DNA from: Halocafeteria seosinensis
Lineage: Eukaryota
Length of the DNA stretch: 64,000 nucleotides
Reading direction: 5' to 3'
NCBI GenBank assembly: GCA_001687465.1
Contig: LVLI01000587.1
Location: forward strand, 1 to 64,000
Part shown: positions 9,770-23,000 of the stretch, piece after piece
How positions within the stretch are numbered: the stretch's first letter is position 1
How the letters are laid out: each line of letters starts with the position of its first letter
Made by a program: the position numbers and the translations under genes
The notes under the pieces: generated by a model
What the model was told of the DNA's origin: nothing
The model's database searches: none
What the model saw: the letters and a program-made list of their open reading frames with translations, nothing else

Positions 9770-12700
9770 TCACAACGTGCAGAAACATGGGGTAACCGGT
9801 TCTGGTCCTCGCTCACTAAAAACGCGGTAAACACGAATGTTGGCAGACCTCATAAAGAATATAAAACCTCTATCTTCCCACCAGGTGCTCTGATGTGCCA
9901 AGATCAGTTTGACATCGGATTTGAAACGCGGGAACTGGCAGGGGATAAGCATTACCGTCCCATGTTCCGAGTCTACATACTTCATCCAGACCGCAAAGAA
10001 GCAACAACTACCTTGAGATTTACAGATTCGTTCCAATTCGCGGATGAAATACACCCTGCACAGTGTACACATGTGGACAGCGTACATTCAAAACAGCCCC
10101 CCCGGACAACACCTCTGGCCCAGACGATAAAATACTGTATCCATGCACCTGACCTCACGCACTAACTTACATGCTATGCATCTCTTCATGTAGATGTATG
10201 TCCTGAAGGAAATAGGGGCACAATGTCATTATAAAAAGCTTCATACGAGATGTCCTGTCCTCTCCCAGCCTGTGAACCCCTATATTTTTTGTCCCCAGGG
10301 AGCGCCCCCAGACATTTTCCTTTACCCTTTCCACGGCCCCCAGCCTCGGCAATGTGGAAGGTGCTCATAACACTCCCTATACGTCAGAAAACTAAATCAA
10401 CAACTTAGCATCTATCTCGACGAGACTAACTGTCGTACTGCAGCTGCGCGAGATTAAAACCACCAATTCATTGGACAGAATAATCTGATCCACATTCACT
10501 AATCTCCCAGCATGCGACTGCAGCCGGGGTCGCAGCGAGCACATTAAACATGAGACCCGTTTCTGAGGAAATTCCATTCCTTGAAAACATCGAACTACAA
10601 TACATCATGCTTGGTCACATCGAATGCAACAGCGAAACATTTTTAACATTAAGACGGAGGTCCATTTTAATGTTCGCACCCGTTCTCTTCTCCTCACTGC
10701 CAGCGGCATTCTGCAGCGAAATCGATGTGCGGCCTAGGCTTTGGAGAATAGACCAGTGACCTTTCATATCCTGCAAGTACACGCAAACTACAGGTCTGTA
10801 ATTCTGAATGTATCAATTCGAATTTCGACACCAGGGTGGTGGGTGGGGGTACCGGTGGTACGGCTTACCGGGGTGGTGGTGGGGTGAGAGGTGGTGCGGT
10901 ACCCACTGGTGGTAAAGTGTGGTTTACCGGTGGTACCTCCAGCTCCGGACCTACGTGTAGTGCTACTCGAGTAGTGTTACTCGAGGCGACATCTGAACAA
11001 TTAGCGTGTCTTCCGTAGCCTAGCGCTTCCCGAAAGAACGATAACTCTAACGATTTAGCGAGCGGCGCTGTTTGCATCACTAGTTGCTAGCACGGGACTG
11101 GTGGGCAGACCGTCAGCAAGTGCTCACAAGCCATCGTCGGAAAAATCGATGTCCTCTCGCAATAGGCGTAGTACGCAACTGATGCGAGAGGGTGAATTCG
11201 CTTTATGTCATCATTTTTTTCAATACCTAGGTAATCTGTCAAAACATCAGAGAATTTCTTCATGCAACTGGTGTTTGTTTCTACGTATCCTCTTTCCGCC
11301 TTTTGTAGCCTCTTCCTGACCAATCGTGTACCATCACCCCATGCGTTGGACTACTTCCCAGACTTGCAGTGGTACTTCCTCAGCTACTCTGTAGCATTTA
11401 TGAAATACCAGGTATCAGGTTGCGGATCAATGCTCTCTCTCTAATACCCGGAGTCTCTTCACCTTTTCTCACCCCGAGTTGGTCAGCTACCATTCTATCT
11501 TTTTTCGTTATTCGGACTGAATTATTTGAGGCCACGGAAAGCTGAAACGATCGCCACCGTCCTCATCGGAGACTCAACGCGCACGTCAAGAACCGGAAGA
11601 GGGTGCAAGCCAAACATGAGAGCGATAAGAAAAAAGGTATATATATGATGCTTCCTTTTGCAAGAGCATTGGAGGCAACAAGAGCTGCAATAAGAAGCTA
11701 AAGAGAAGCACGCCTGAAAGCAGTAAGACTCTGTAAGAGCCGTACTTTCTGAGCGACGAAACTTCACATTCTTGAAGCACGCGTTAATGCTTGGATGGAA
11801 TGGGAAAGCCAGAGTCTATCAGGTTTTCGTAGACGCCTATCACTCCGTCCTCAATCGGCAACCAAGCTTCCGGGAGATTAATGGAGTCCTGGGATCATCG
11901 ACAAAAGCCCAAGTAGTATCGCCGAACCGGTCCGGTGGTTGTGCATCTGCTGGCCCGTTAAAATGCGAGACCCACAGTCGATTGGCGGCAACGTCGGTTT
12001 CAAAACGCTCAAGTGCGCATGCAAGCATATGCCGCTTCGTAGTTTCGCTTGCGTAACGTCGTCCCGAGTTCACATCGTTGGAGCTCTTCCCATGCTCTAT
12101 CCAGGGGCCGCTGCCGTCTGCTTCTTTTACGTCTCCAAGAATTAAAGTACACTGCCTTACTCAGCTGACTCATCTTACCGGTAAAGCCTCAACTGGAGTA
12201 CTGCCGCCCTCACTCAAAAGACTGACACACGTCTCTCGTCACCGTTGTTCAACCTTCGCTCTTATTCTCTCTTTTAAATAATGAAGAACTACACTGTGGA
12301 ATATCAGCTATCGCGTGATAGTCGCCTGTCTCCTTTCCAACTTCTGTCCCTTTCGTACATTAACCCCGCCAGGAGCTAGAAGAAGCTTGATACCCTAATT
12401 TGATCCCTTGCCCGGTTAGGGGAGCCCCATGAATGCCAGAACTAACTTCCATAACACGACCAGAGGGACCATCTCATAAAACGACATCATCTCGACACAA
12501 TTTGATGCGATCAATGGTCTGTATACAATCGTCGTGCTCCGTAATGCGAGCTCAGAAGTTGCATCACGTTCAGTGTCGGCCTTCATCGGATTAGTCAAAA
12601 TCAGTTCTGTAAGTTTCTTTATTCCTTCTTTTTCGTGCACCCCATCAGTGTGGATCAGCGACAACCTCCAGCAACTGACGCAAGGATCGACTCTGTTGCG

Positions 12701-12864
12701 ATTTGATTCATCTTTCCATGTGTACGCAAGCAAACCACACTCCTCCCCGGGAATTGATTCATGTATATGTACGTATATTCTCGACGAGTACCCTCTTTCT
12801 TTCTGTGTCCCTTCAATTCTCTCTTAGTGTCCGCAAGCAGTGTGTATGTCATCGTGGTTGTCAT
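9770..12864 (-). pseudogene. Decayed multi-exon gene of unknown family
   Basis: A chain of minus-strand ORF pieces (12416-12733, 11840-12073, 11087-11323, 10865-11080, 10167-10352, 9770-10087). Some end at GTAAG donors, and there are in-frame stops between protein-like segments (e.g. ...CPPVPC*QLVMQT...). Confidence 0.35.
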
Positions 12865-12978
12865 GGAATTGAAAGTGGCTTCACTGTGTGGAGCATATAT
12901 TCACCTCAGATTGAGGCAGGAACAGCGGGCCCGTAGCTGCTTAACACGGGCGCATACCGCTCCTCGTTAAGAGGATGC

Positions 12979-13191
12979 GGTCAACTTCCTGGCCGGTGGG
13001 CTATCTGTCACATTTGTGTGTGTGATTGAGGCACTCGAACTTCGTCCACTTATCACTTTCTTTCGCGATCCGTTGCTAACGCTATTATGCTTCAATGCCG
13101 GGGATTAAATACGACTGTGTAGCTTTACTTGTCGAGTCTTGTTGTGGTCAACTTCCCGGCCGGTGGGCTATCTGTCACATTTGTGTGTGTG
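12979..13191 (+). repeat. 46-bp direct repeat, 167-bp spacing
   Basis: ggtcaacttcc(t/c)ggccggtgggctatctgtcacatttgtgtgtgtg at 12979 and 13146. Confidence 0.9.
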
Positions 13192-13401
13192 TTCGTATTG
13201 TCACTGGGCGGAGCAGTGCGCACCTAAATACCAAGTTGCTAGAATAATGAAGACCTTCCGTTGGTTCCTTGCCACAGCGTCGTCAAGGGATGTACCGGCT
13301 TTCATATGAATCACATACAGTTCTCGGTTGACGAGGAAGGCAGCAGCTGCAGGAGATCTAATTTGTGAAAGTCAACGTTCCAAGTTTTTCTGGGTACTAC
13401 C

Positions 13402-13894
13402 GGCACTCTGGTGCGTACACCACGTGGTACACGTTACGGTATGCATTCCCCCAGGAAACATGGTGTTGATGACCGAACCTAACACAGAACAAGTGCTTCT
13501 AGAAAAGGGTTTCTGCTGATGCACGGGTTGCCTAGCCGACATCCGACAGCCAGAGGAAGAAAGAAGTAGGAGCAGTGCAAAAAATTCACCGTCTTTTCTA
13601 AAGATACTGAGCTCAGAACCATGGCATGGCCCACAAAGCAGAAATCGTCTTTGGCGGCCTTGCAAAGGACGCTGATGATGATAGGGGTTGCCTCAACCTT
13701 CATTGCTGTCCGTCCTCGCTTGATCGCTGATTCTGATTCTGATTCTGCTCAGGAACAACGGGACGTCCCCAGTCCCACTCAGCAGCAATGGATACATACT
13801 GTACCAGGAGTATATCCTGCTGGTTCGTCTCAGTGTGGCACTCTGGTGCGTACACGCCATTTATGCATTCCCCCAGGAAACATGGTGTTTATGA
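13402..13894 (+). repeat. Dispersed ~60-70 bp direct repeat
   Basis: ggcactctggtgcgtacac...atgcattcccccaggaaacatggtgtt.atga at 13402-13472 and 13837-13894. Confidence 0.85.
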
Positions 13895-14307
13895 GAGACG
13901 CCAAAATAGCGAATGATCGCCGGAGTGGACGACAGACTTGCCCCAGGTTCCCTAACTATGCTGAGCACATGATACTACTTGACTTGCATGGCTCGGCTTC
14001 CCCCAAGGAGAAGCCAGTGTTTGCTTTATTCAGTTTTCTCATCGCATCATTCCAGGTTTTCTGTTGGATTTGGAAGGTTTTGAATGATAACAGCTTGATA
14101 AATCCTGGAGCGGATTTCTCGCCAGTTACTAGTAACCCTTTGGAAAGGAGTCTTCACTCTTATCCGTTGCAGGGTAAGGGCCACTTCCGGACACTGATTT
14201 CGCCAGTACCACCGAATATAGAGACAAGGAGTTTGGAGTATCATCCATCAAATTTGGAAAAATCACTGGTTTACGCTGTGCAAAGTAGAACACTTAGTAC
14301 ATCACTA

Positions 14308-15858
14308 ACGAAGGCTTTGTTAACGTCATTGTTTTTCGGTTTGATCCTCTCGAGCGAGGGAACGGCAACAGCAACAGACTTACGCCCTGCCATTCTGAAT
14401 GGAACGGAATCCTGCTTTCGCTATAACTGGAACCAAAACCAGTTTGAAATGAATTGTAGTGTGCTGGTGTGGAGTGATCAGGGTTATGCGAACAACGACT
14501 ACATATCGCTGGATGCGAATGAGATCTTTGATGGTGGTCGACAGACCGGGCACATGAATGGAATAACAAATTTCGAAGGACTGTTTAAAATACTAGGAAG
14601 TGTTGCGTCGTTTAATCAAGCTCCCTTGATTCGGAATCTTGATGTTAGGAATGGATCAATTGCAGACTACGGTGGATTCATTGTCCAGCAACGGCAGAAA
14701 TTCTTTATCATAGATTCGTGTAGTTCATCAGGAAATATTACTTCCAAAGGAGGTGGTATATGTGGTTATCTGTGTGGTTCCAATCATGGCCAAATCAAGA
14801 TATCGAAATCGTATTCGACGGGGAGGATACTGGGTGGATCGGCAGGTGGTATTGCAGGATACTATGTTGGACACAATCATGGTATTGTCAATATCACCGA
14901 TTGTTATTCCACGGGGAATATTGAAGGAAAATGGGCAGGTGGTATTTGTGGAAATGCTGCTGGTCATACGAATGGTCAAGTGTATATAGTTCGTTCCTAT
15001 TCTACAGGAGACATCATTTCTAGTGGTCAATTAAGTGGTGGTATTGTGGGCAGCAATGCTGGTCATACCAATGGATTCGTTTATATTAAGGAATGTTATA
15101 GTGAGGGACAAATATCTGCAGCTTATAGTGGAGGAATTAGTGGACGTGATACAGCAGACAATGCGGGGGAAGTACAAATTAAAGATTGTTATACACGAGG
15201 AGAGATTAATAGCATACAAGCAGGGGGTATTACAGGAGCAAAGGCAGGAGGGTTTGGCTCAATGTCTACAGGGAACGTATACATCACAAATACGTATGCA
15301 TCAGGTTAAATCACTGGTCAGAATGCTGGCGGGATTATAGGAAGTATAGTAAATACAGCAAATGGTACTATTGAAGTGAAATATTCGGTATACGATGACA
15401 ACGGAGGAGCAGCGTCGATTGTAGGAGTGGATGATGGAGGCAATCTTGCGGAGACAGGAAATTCAGATAATTTGACATATATACAGGGACAACTGTACCA
15501 ACCGGGAGGATGGTCAGAGGACGTATGGACTCTAGATAGAGGGGGACAAGGTGTCGTTGATGACGGCGAGGAGAATCTGCCGATTCTACGCTTTCAATTA
15601 GCGCCGCCATCCCCTACTCCTTTACCCATGTCCACTCTATCAACGACAACGACAGGGTCGGAATCTAGCTCGGCTTCATCCTCTAGTTTTCCCACTTCTT
15701 CCCCGAGCTTGGCTCCATCTCCACACTCCATGCCGACACCTTTCCTGACAAGTAGCGCTTCTTTAACGGCGAAGCAAGCTCTCAAGATCATTGTGCTACC
15801 TGCTCAGAGACCCAAACGCACGGTAATAAGTTGCGATATTGAGCACCATTGTCGTTGA
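14308..15858 (+). pseudogene. Secreted Gly-rich GLUG-like repeat (beta-solenoid) protein with a Ser/Thr/Pro tail; disabled copy
   Basis: The signal-like KALLTSLFFGLILSSEGTATA follows ACG (14308) instead of ATG. Repeats of (C/S)YS.G.I....GGI.G follow. A single in-frame TAA lies at 15307-15309, after which the same frame continues ITGQNAGGIIGS into ORF 15376-15858. Confidence 0.75.
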
Positions 15859-17048
15859 CTTTCAGTCCGCAGTACTCGCTCTGTCTTAGAGCTAGCGAGA
15901 GCCATGTACTACCGTGTGGTAGCGCCGGCGAATTTTTATTGGGTTTAATAATTCTTGAAATTTATTAATTCGCGGGCGTTAATGTACTAGATACTACCCG
16001 TGGGAAACAAGTCAGTATGACGTTTGTCTTGGTATCAATAGCGACATGAGTGATATTGTTAATTGAATACTTTGTCAACCACATTTCTTCTATGCAGCAC
16101 AGGTCGTCTCCAGTCTGCGACAGAGCCTCAACTGTCAGCTGCTAAGCAATATCAAATACTTGCTCCTGGAGTGTCTAGGCGGCGATCCGTAACACGGTGA
16201 AGATGTGTTTGCCGTTGAACACAATGCCACAAATTTCGTCCCTTCTAACATTTCGCGATACCGTTTACCGCGTGGCGTTGTCTGCTAATCTTGTCACAGA
16301 TTCTTGTGCTCGACGAAATCAGGATGCCTTCTCCGAACTGGACTGATGATCTTCTTCTTAGATATGAATCCACCGTTGGTTCGTGTCGCAATGATGTAAG
16401 GTCTTTGGCTGAGTACCCTCATTATTGTAAACAGCGACACCGTGTCTTCGGTCGGGGCACTGGTAGTTACACAGGTTAGCGAGTACACCTTCTGTGCTAA
16501 GAGTGCTTGTACACGAAGATATTGTGTTTCTTGCTCTCGTACTCTCCAATTTACTCCTATTTCTTCGTCTCGGGAGTCCAGGCATGCAAAATAGCACTAT
16601 ACGCGCAGGTGGATGTGTCCGTTGTCCGTTTAACGGTCCGTGCGTCGGTTAGGTTGGATTCTTCCCTCCACGTGCGTGCGACCGACGGAGGTCGCGTGCC
16701 TGAGAACCCTATCAAAAAACCCTTTTTCTATACAGTGCCCTACCAATTAGCTCAGTGCAAATGAATTGTAAAATATTGAGTACTGTGAGTGTGTAGCGTC
16801 GACATCACGGCGCATGTGCTGTATGCTAGTTGTAGTAGGCATTCCTTGCACCTGTTCGCGGGGATCTCCATTCCATACACACACATTTTCGATCTACGAA
16901 GGGAGCTGAACTGAGCGCCCATTGCTCAGTCCATCCATGGGGAGCATGTCGACAAACATCCCTGTCTTCTCGTTGTAGAAGAGTTCAATCGATTTAACGA
17001 CGGGTAGTTTTCGTAGGGAGAGGCGTTGTTGAAGCGAGTCCAGCCGTG

Positions 17049-20000
17049 ATGAACTCGGACAAGGGAGATAGAGCTCAGCAGAGGAGTTCAAACAAGCCGG
17101 CATTAAGTATCCGGCCCCCTTCATCGACGCCGACGCCGACGTCGTCGGCGTCAACTACGGGACAAAGTGAAGGAGCGGAAGGAGTTGAGGGTTCCGCAGC
17201 AACTGGAACCGAAAGAGAGCACACTTCCGATACACGAGAGAATGGAGATGCCGAGACAGACGGCGCCAGCACCGCATCATCTACCCCTAGTGTGGGCAAC
17301 GGAAATGGATCCCGGGATCAAAGCATTGTGCCCTTGGGAGCTTCGGAAGCGGAAAGTGATACTGAAGGCGGTGTAGATAGAACCGAAGGTTTGTTTCAGC
17401 AGGAATCAAATGAAGCCCGAGATCAGCATCAGCAGCAGGGAAATAATGGGGCAGGAATATCAGGGGCGGTCCAAAATGCATCTGCCTCGAGGTCCCACAT
17501 GGCTCATTTTCAGAGGTCTCAGGAAGAGAGCGTTCCCCAGCTCTATTTGGGCGATGGAAGCACTTTGGGTACAGACTTTGGGAGCGATACACCGTTTGAA
17601 ACAAATGACGAAACCATGGCAGATGGAATCTACATGGGTAACGGGGAAACATTGGGGTATGAAAGTGACGGTGGAAGTTCTAGGTCTGGGAGTAGATCGG
17701 AATCACCGCAAGGGTACACCTTGAACAAGTCCATTGAAAAGCCAAGCCTGGTTGGGCAGAATTGGGCCGAAACTAAGGCCATGTCGGGTATGCGGAAGCA
17801 GGAAAATGTTCGCAAGAGCAGCGATTTTCCCACTTTGCCAACTGGAGAGGTACAGGACGACAGTACTGTCCATAACCTTAGGGATTCCATGTACCAGTCC
17901 CAGGATGACAAACGTGCCTCTCAGAAAATGAATGAAGAAGATGAGGCTGAAGAAATTCCTGTTACGCTTCTTCGAGGCCATAGTTTCCTGAGACAGCAGC
18001 TCTCATCTAGCGATTTCAGCCATTACGAAAATCGAGAAGAATTCATGCATGTGGACTACACTCCAGCTATAAACCTCCGCCCTGTCGACCTTCATACTCC
18101 TCTCCGGACTATTCGAACAGGACGCACTATAAAGCTCAACGTATGCATCACCATGTACAATGAGGATGCAGACGAACTATCCCGCACACTTCGCGGGATT
18201 GCTGGAAACTTAACGCACCTGGAAGCGATAGGTATTCCATGGACTGACGTCCTTGTTTGCATTGTGGTTGATGGGAGACACAAGATGAACAATTTCACCA
18301 AAGAATATTTGAAAGAAATGCATGCCTACGACGAAGATCTTATCATCACAAGGCACAAGGACTGTGACGTGACATGCCACATATTTGAAAAAACTGTTGA
18401 GCTGAAAAAAGATGCGAACCAGCGAGAATATTTCCCTCCGATGCAGCTACTGGTCGGTGTCAAGGAGAAAAATGGTGGCAAGCTCAACTCTCACCTATGG
18501 TTCTTTAGTGGGTTCTCCAAACAGTTGCAGCCTAAGTACTGCCTCTTGGTTGATGTAGGTACGTGGCCAAAACCAAAGTCTATAATGTATTTGGTGAAGG
18601 CCATGGAGGACAATCCGCAATTAGGAGGAGTAACCGGCGAAATCGAAGCCACCGATGCCTCCAAGACGAACATTCTTGAAGCCGCACAATATTTTGAGTA
18701 TCGAGCGGGTCATATTCTGGATAAACCTATGGAAAGTAGCTTTGGGTTTATTTCCGTTCTCCCTGGGGCGTTTTCAGCATTTCGTTGGAAGGCCATTCGT
18801 GGAGAACCCCTTTCGGAGTATTTTAAATTGGAGGAAAATAATCCTTCCAAGCTTGGACCATTTGTTGCAAATATGTATTTGGCAGGTAAGTTGTAATACT
18901 GTTTGTCATCTGATGGTGCTCATTACTTACAAATTTCCTGGGCCTTGTGCCAATACCTACTTGTGGAATATTTACAGAGGACCGGTGAGTAGATCTGGTA
19001 TTCTGGAATCGTGATGGAGCTTTCCATAATATGAATTATTTTGCAGGATCTTATGCTTTGAGATTCTTGCGAAGAAAAATAAGTCGTATACACTTAGATT
19101 TGTTAAAGAATCAGCAGCAGTGACCGACATTCCAACCACGCTCCTTGAACTTACGAAGCAGCGAAGAAGGTGGTTGAACGGTGCATTCTTTGCCCTTCTG
19201 TTTTATATCTTTAAATTTTGGAAACTACTAAGTCGAAGCAGCCACTCTGTCGGACGACGCATTGCATTGATTATCCAGTTTGTTTACTTTCTGTCGCTCT
19301 TATTCTTCAACTGGTTTGGAGTCGTCTTGCTTTACCTCAGTTTCGTGCTAATTGTTACCATTGCGTTTCGCGCTATTGAGGATGATCAGCTTAGGTAGGT
19401 GATTATGGATTACAGGTGTTGCACTTGACAGTGGTTACTCTTTTGTGTGAACGACGCAGGACTGTTTTTAAATTTGCATTTCATGTGAGTTGTTTTCCTC
19501 TGATTCTCTACAAATACGAGTGTATCTACAGGGAAAGGTTGTCTATTGTTCGCGCAGATATTGTATTTGTGTTTGTCAGTAACCCAAATTCTGTTTGGTT
19601 TAGGCTCTAAGGTACAAGACGTTAGGAAGATTTATTTAGTTTCGTCTGGCGCATATGGCTCGCTAGTGGTACTCGCTTTGGGTTTGTCGCTGTGGCACGT
19701 CGCACAAGGAGTTAGTCCCGCTCTCTTGGTAATATCCCTGTCGGGTAAGTCAACTTGCTGTCAGTGTGTATTGCTATGCGTCAACTGGTATGCAATGTTT
19801 CCTGTACCAGGCTTCGGGACGTTCTTCATAGCTGCGTTGCTTTACGGCCGGTTTTTAGGAATGCTGTCAACCTTCCTTCAGGTACGTGATGGGCGTTTTG
19901 TCACAGCTTACATTAGACTCGTCTGGCAATAGGAAGATTTCCGCTCTTTGATTCCCAGTATCTTTTTTTGCTGCCGACTTTTCTTAACATTTTTACCGTA

Positions 20001-23000
20001 TACTCTTTCTGTAACTTGGACGATATTTCTTGGGGTATGTTGCTCTAACAACTGGTGGCCGAAGATGGGTCTTCTTGAGCTTGTCAATTGCAGGAACTAA
20101 AGAGGGAAGCTTACAGACTGCGCTGCAAGTTGCAAAAACAAAAGCCACACAAAAGGATGCCAAGCAATATTTGACCGGTGATCCTGAGCTTTCGGAGGCA
20201 CAAAATGAGGTTCAGGAACGGATTCGCAAATTAGAAGAAGCTGCTCAGCAGGCGACGAAGCAAACGAAGCATGCAGGCAAAATGGGTAGCACTGAAGTAG
20301 GAAATGCCGCTGAAGAAAGAGATCCTACTATCTCAATGCTTCATGCGGCTGAAGAGGCGGAGGAAGACGAATTCATGAGGAAATTAGAAAGGTAAGGAAA
20401 CTGGAAAGCATAAATATTCACATCAGTGTACCTATATAATAGCTCTTGGAAATTCAGACGGAAAGAGAGGCTCAGACGCGAACAAGAGGAGCTCAAGCAA
20501 GCATTCTCGGCGTTTCGGACACGTATACTAAGCTTTTGGGCATTCAGCAATTTGTAAGGATGGAATGAATGTCCTCGTTACTCACCCGAAACTGTTATTC
20601 ACTCCTTGCAGTTCTGTTGCGGGCACTGTACTTGCGTTTGACCTCATCGGAGAATTCGGCTGGTTCATCGCTGGAGCTGTTGTCTTCCAAATGTCATATC
20701 GCCTTATCGGAACGCTTTGGTACCGGTTCGAAGATCCTGCTAAATGGTTGTGGCACCTTCTTTTTAGTTGGTGGTGTGTATGCATTACCTGTCCTTGGGA
20801 GCGAACCCGTATGTTAATGCGCAAGCGGGTACGAGACAGCGGTCGGGTTCCTGCTCAAATGGTTCATCATGTGGGCCGGGTCAAGGGGGAAAACTTGAAG
20901 AAAACTCAGGAGGAGGAAGAAGCTGGAAGTGGCGCTTCAAAGAGTGACGCCAAAGGTGACGAGGAACAAAGTCAAGAGAGCAGTGATAGCGAGGACGATG
21001 AAGAGGAACAGCCTTATAGGAGAGCTAGCTTGGCTGGGTACGCTGGGTATGGAATTGTTCAAGAGAAACCAAGCGTGGACCCGACTACTGGAAGGGTTCG
21101 TCGGCAGTCGCAAATTCTAGGCTGGGATCAAGAGCTAGATGACGATGCTCGAAAAAGCATAACTGGTAAACGGACTAGCATCTTTGATTCCGGAGGGCCT
21201 AGCAGAGAAGGTCGACATTCTAGATTTTCTCTCTCCTTGAAGGCTGCACCCGTTCAGGAAAATCAGCAGAATATCCCCGGTGCCAGACAAGGTGAAACAT
21301 CCTATGAGGAATACGATATTACTGATATTCCAGAAGGGCGCGAGGCGAACAACGAGTCAGAACATCCAAAACATCCTCTGCCGGTCGCCGAGAAGCACAT
21401 CCGTAACGTGCCATCTGGAGGCTATCCCTCAATGTTTTCCACAGCCTCTTGCACCAGTGAGGATTTGGAAGCGTGCTTACAAGAAGGAGAAGCCGTTGCT
21501 TCTAGCATGGCCCGTAAGCTCGGTGGCAAACAAGGTTCGGGCGACGGTGTTGGACAAGAACTCCCAACGTATAAAAGCCTTTCGAACGCCCAACTTCGCA
21601 ATAAACTGAGTGGAGACATGCACCCCTTGTGGCCAACAAAACAGAACAGAGATGGTGAGGCCGGAAAAGGAGAACGCCCCGCCGCTTTCGAAAACTCTAG
21701 CGCCAAGTTTTCTTCTATAGACTTCAGTCAGTTTGGAAACGACCATCGCATCGAGGAGGAACGTGGTTCCTCAAAGTCAGGAAGTTCCAAAGGTGAATCT
21801 CCATCCTCAACTGGTGATACCGATGGGGACGACACAGAGAGCTCGGACGAGTCGTTTCGGCCCATGGCCCAACAGCGGCTGCACAGTTTTTTGCGGAGGC
21901 GATTGAGTTCCTCGGAGTTGAGCTACGATGAAACCGACGACGAGTTTCTTTCTCTGGACTACACTCCTGTTACTGCTCGGCGACCATCTGGTACGTATTT
22001 TCCTGCTGATGTTTGTCACGTCAACAACGCGCTTGTCAAATAAAATGAGTCCTGCAGATATCCCTACTCCGCTTCGTCCCACTCGACTGAGCCGAAACAC
22101 TGAAATTCTGATGTGCCTTACTTTCCATGCTAATCAGAGTGTCGCAAATTTGAAGAAGTAGGTGTTACACGCTTCCCATAGTTACATTATATCGCTTCCT
22201 TTTCCTACGTTGTTCGCTGTTATTTTATCCAGGAGTGTCAATACGGTCGCGGAAAACATTACACGTCTGCAACGAGCGGGAGTTGACTGGAAACACGTTG
22301 TTCTGAATATAATTGTCGACGGACGCGTTGACCTTCCGAAAGAAGCAAAAGAGTACTTAAGAGATACCCTCAAGATTTATGATGAAGACATGCTACTTAT
22401 GGTACATCGCGGCAACGATGTCCTTGCTCATGTGTTTGAACGTAGTACCCGCATAGCACGACATCGGGCAACTGCAGAATACCACGAACCATTACAGCTC
22501 CTGCTTACGGTCAAGGAGCGACCGGGAGGACTACTCAATTCTCATCTTTGGTTTTTCGGTTTCTGCAAGCAAATCAAACCCAAGTATTGTTTCGTGATTG
22601 ACACAGGGACCTATCCGGGATCATATTCCGTGAAAGCATTATATGAAGCGATGGAACTCGATCCCCAGATAGGCGTTGCTAGCGGTGAAGTCAAGCCATA
22701 CAACGCACGACTTTACAGTTTGGTCCAAGCCAGTTCAGTGTTTCAGAACAAACTCAGTCACATTTTGCAAAAGCCAGCGGACTCGTTCTCGGGCTTAGTG
22801 ACACCATTTAGCGGTTTCTACGTAATGTATCGCCTGATTGCTATTGAGGGAGACCCTTTGGACCAGTACTTCCGAGTTGAGGAAGAAGGGCTTAACAACT
22901 TTACGCCATACATGGCCAACATGTATTTGACAGCTGAACGGCTTGTGAATTTTGAGACGGTATTGAAGTTCCACGAGAACTGGACTTCTCGGTATGTTGC

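Larger units (their letters stand above)
3363..15982. mobile_element. Putative composite/nested DNA transposon region bounded by a TTAACGCCCGC(C/G)AATT inverted motif
   Basis: TTAACGCCCGCCAATTTTTAATAAA at 3363 (+) and TTAACGCCCGCGAATTAATAAA starting at 15982 (-), with a third copy CTAACGCCCGCGAAATTTTAAATT at 8441 (+). The region contains a MULE transposase and tandem arrays. Confidence 0.4.

Noticed and set aside
13621..14307. N-terminal 229 codons of the 562-aa ORF
   Set aside because: Not shared with paralogs, overlaps local repeats, and precedes the evident signal peptide; probably fortuitously open.
20900..21900. Treating the two CHS modules as separate adjacent genes
   Set aside because: There is no stop codon or intergenic gap between them in the phase-consistent splice model; retained only as the refuting test.
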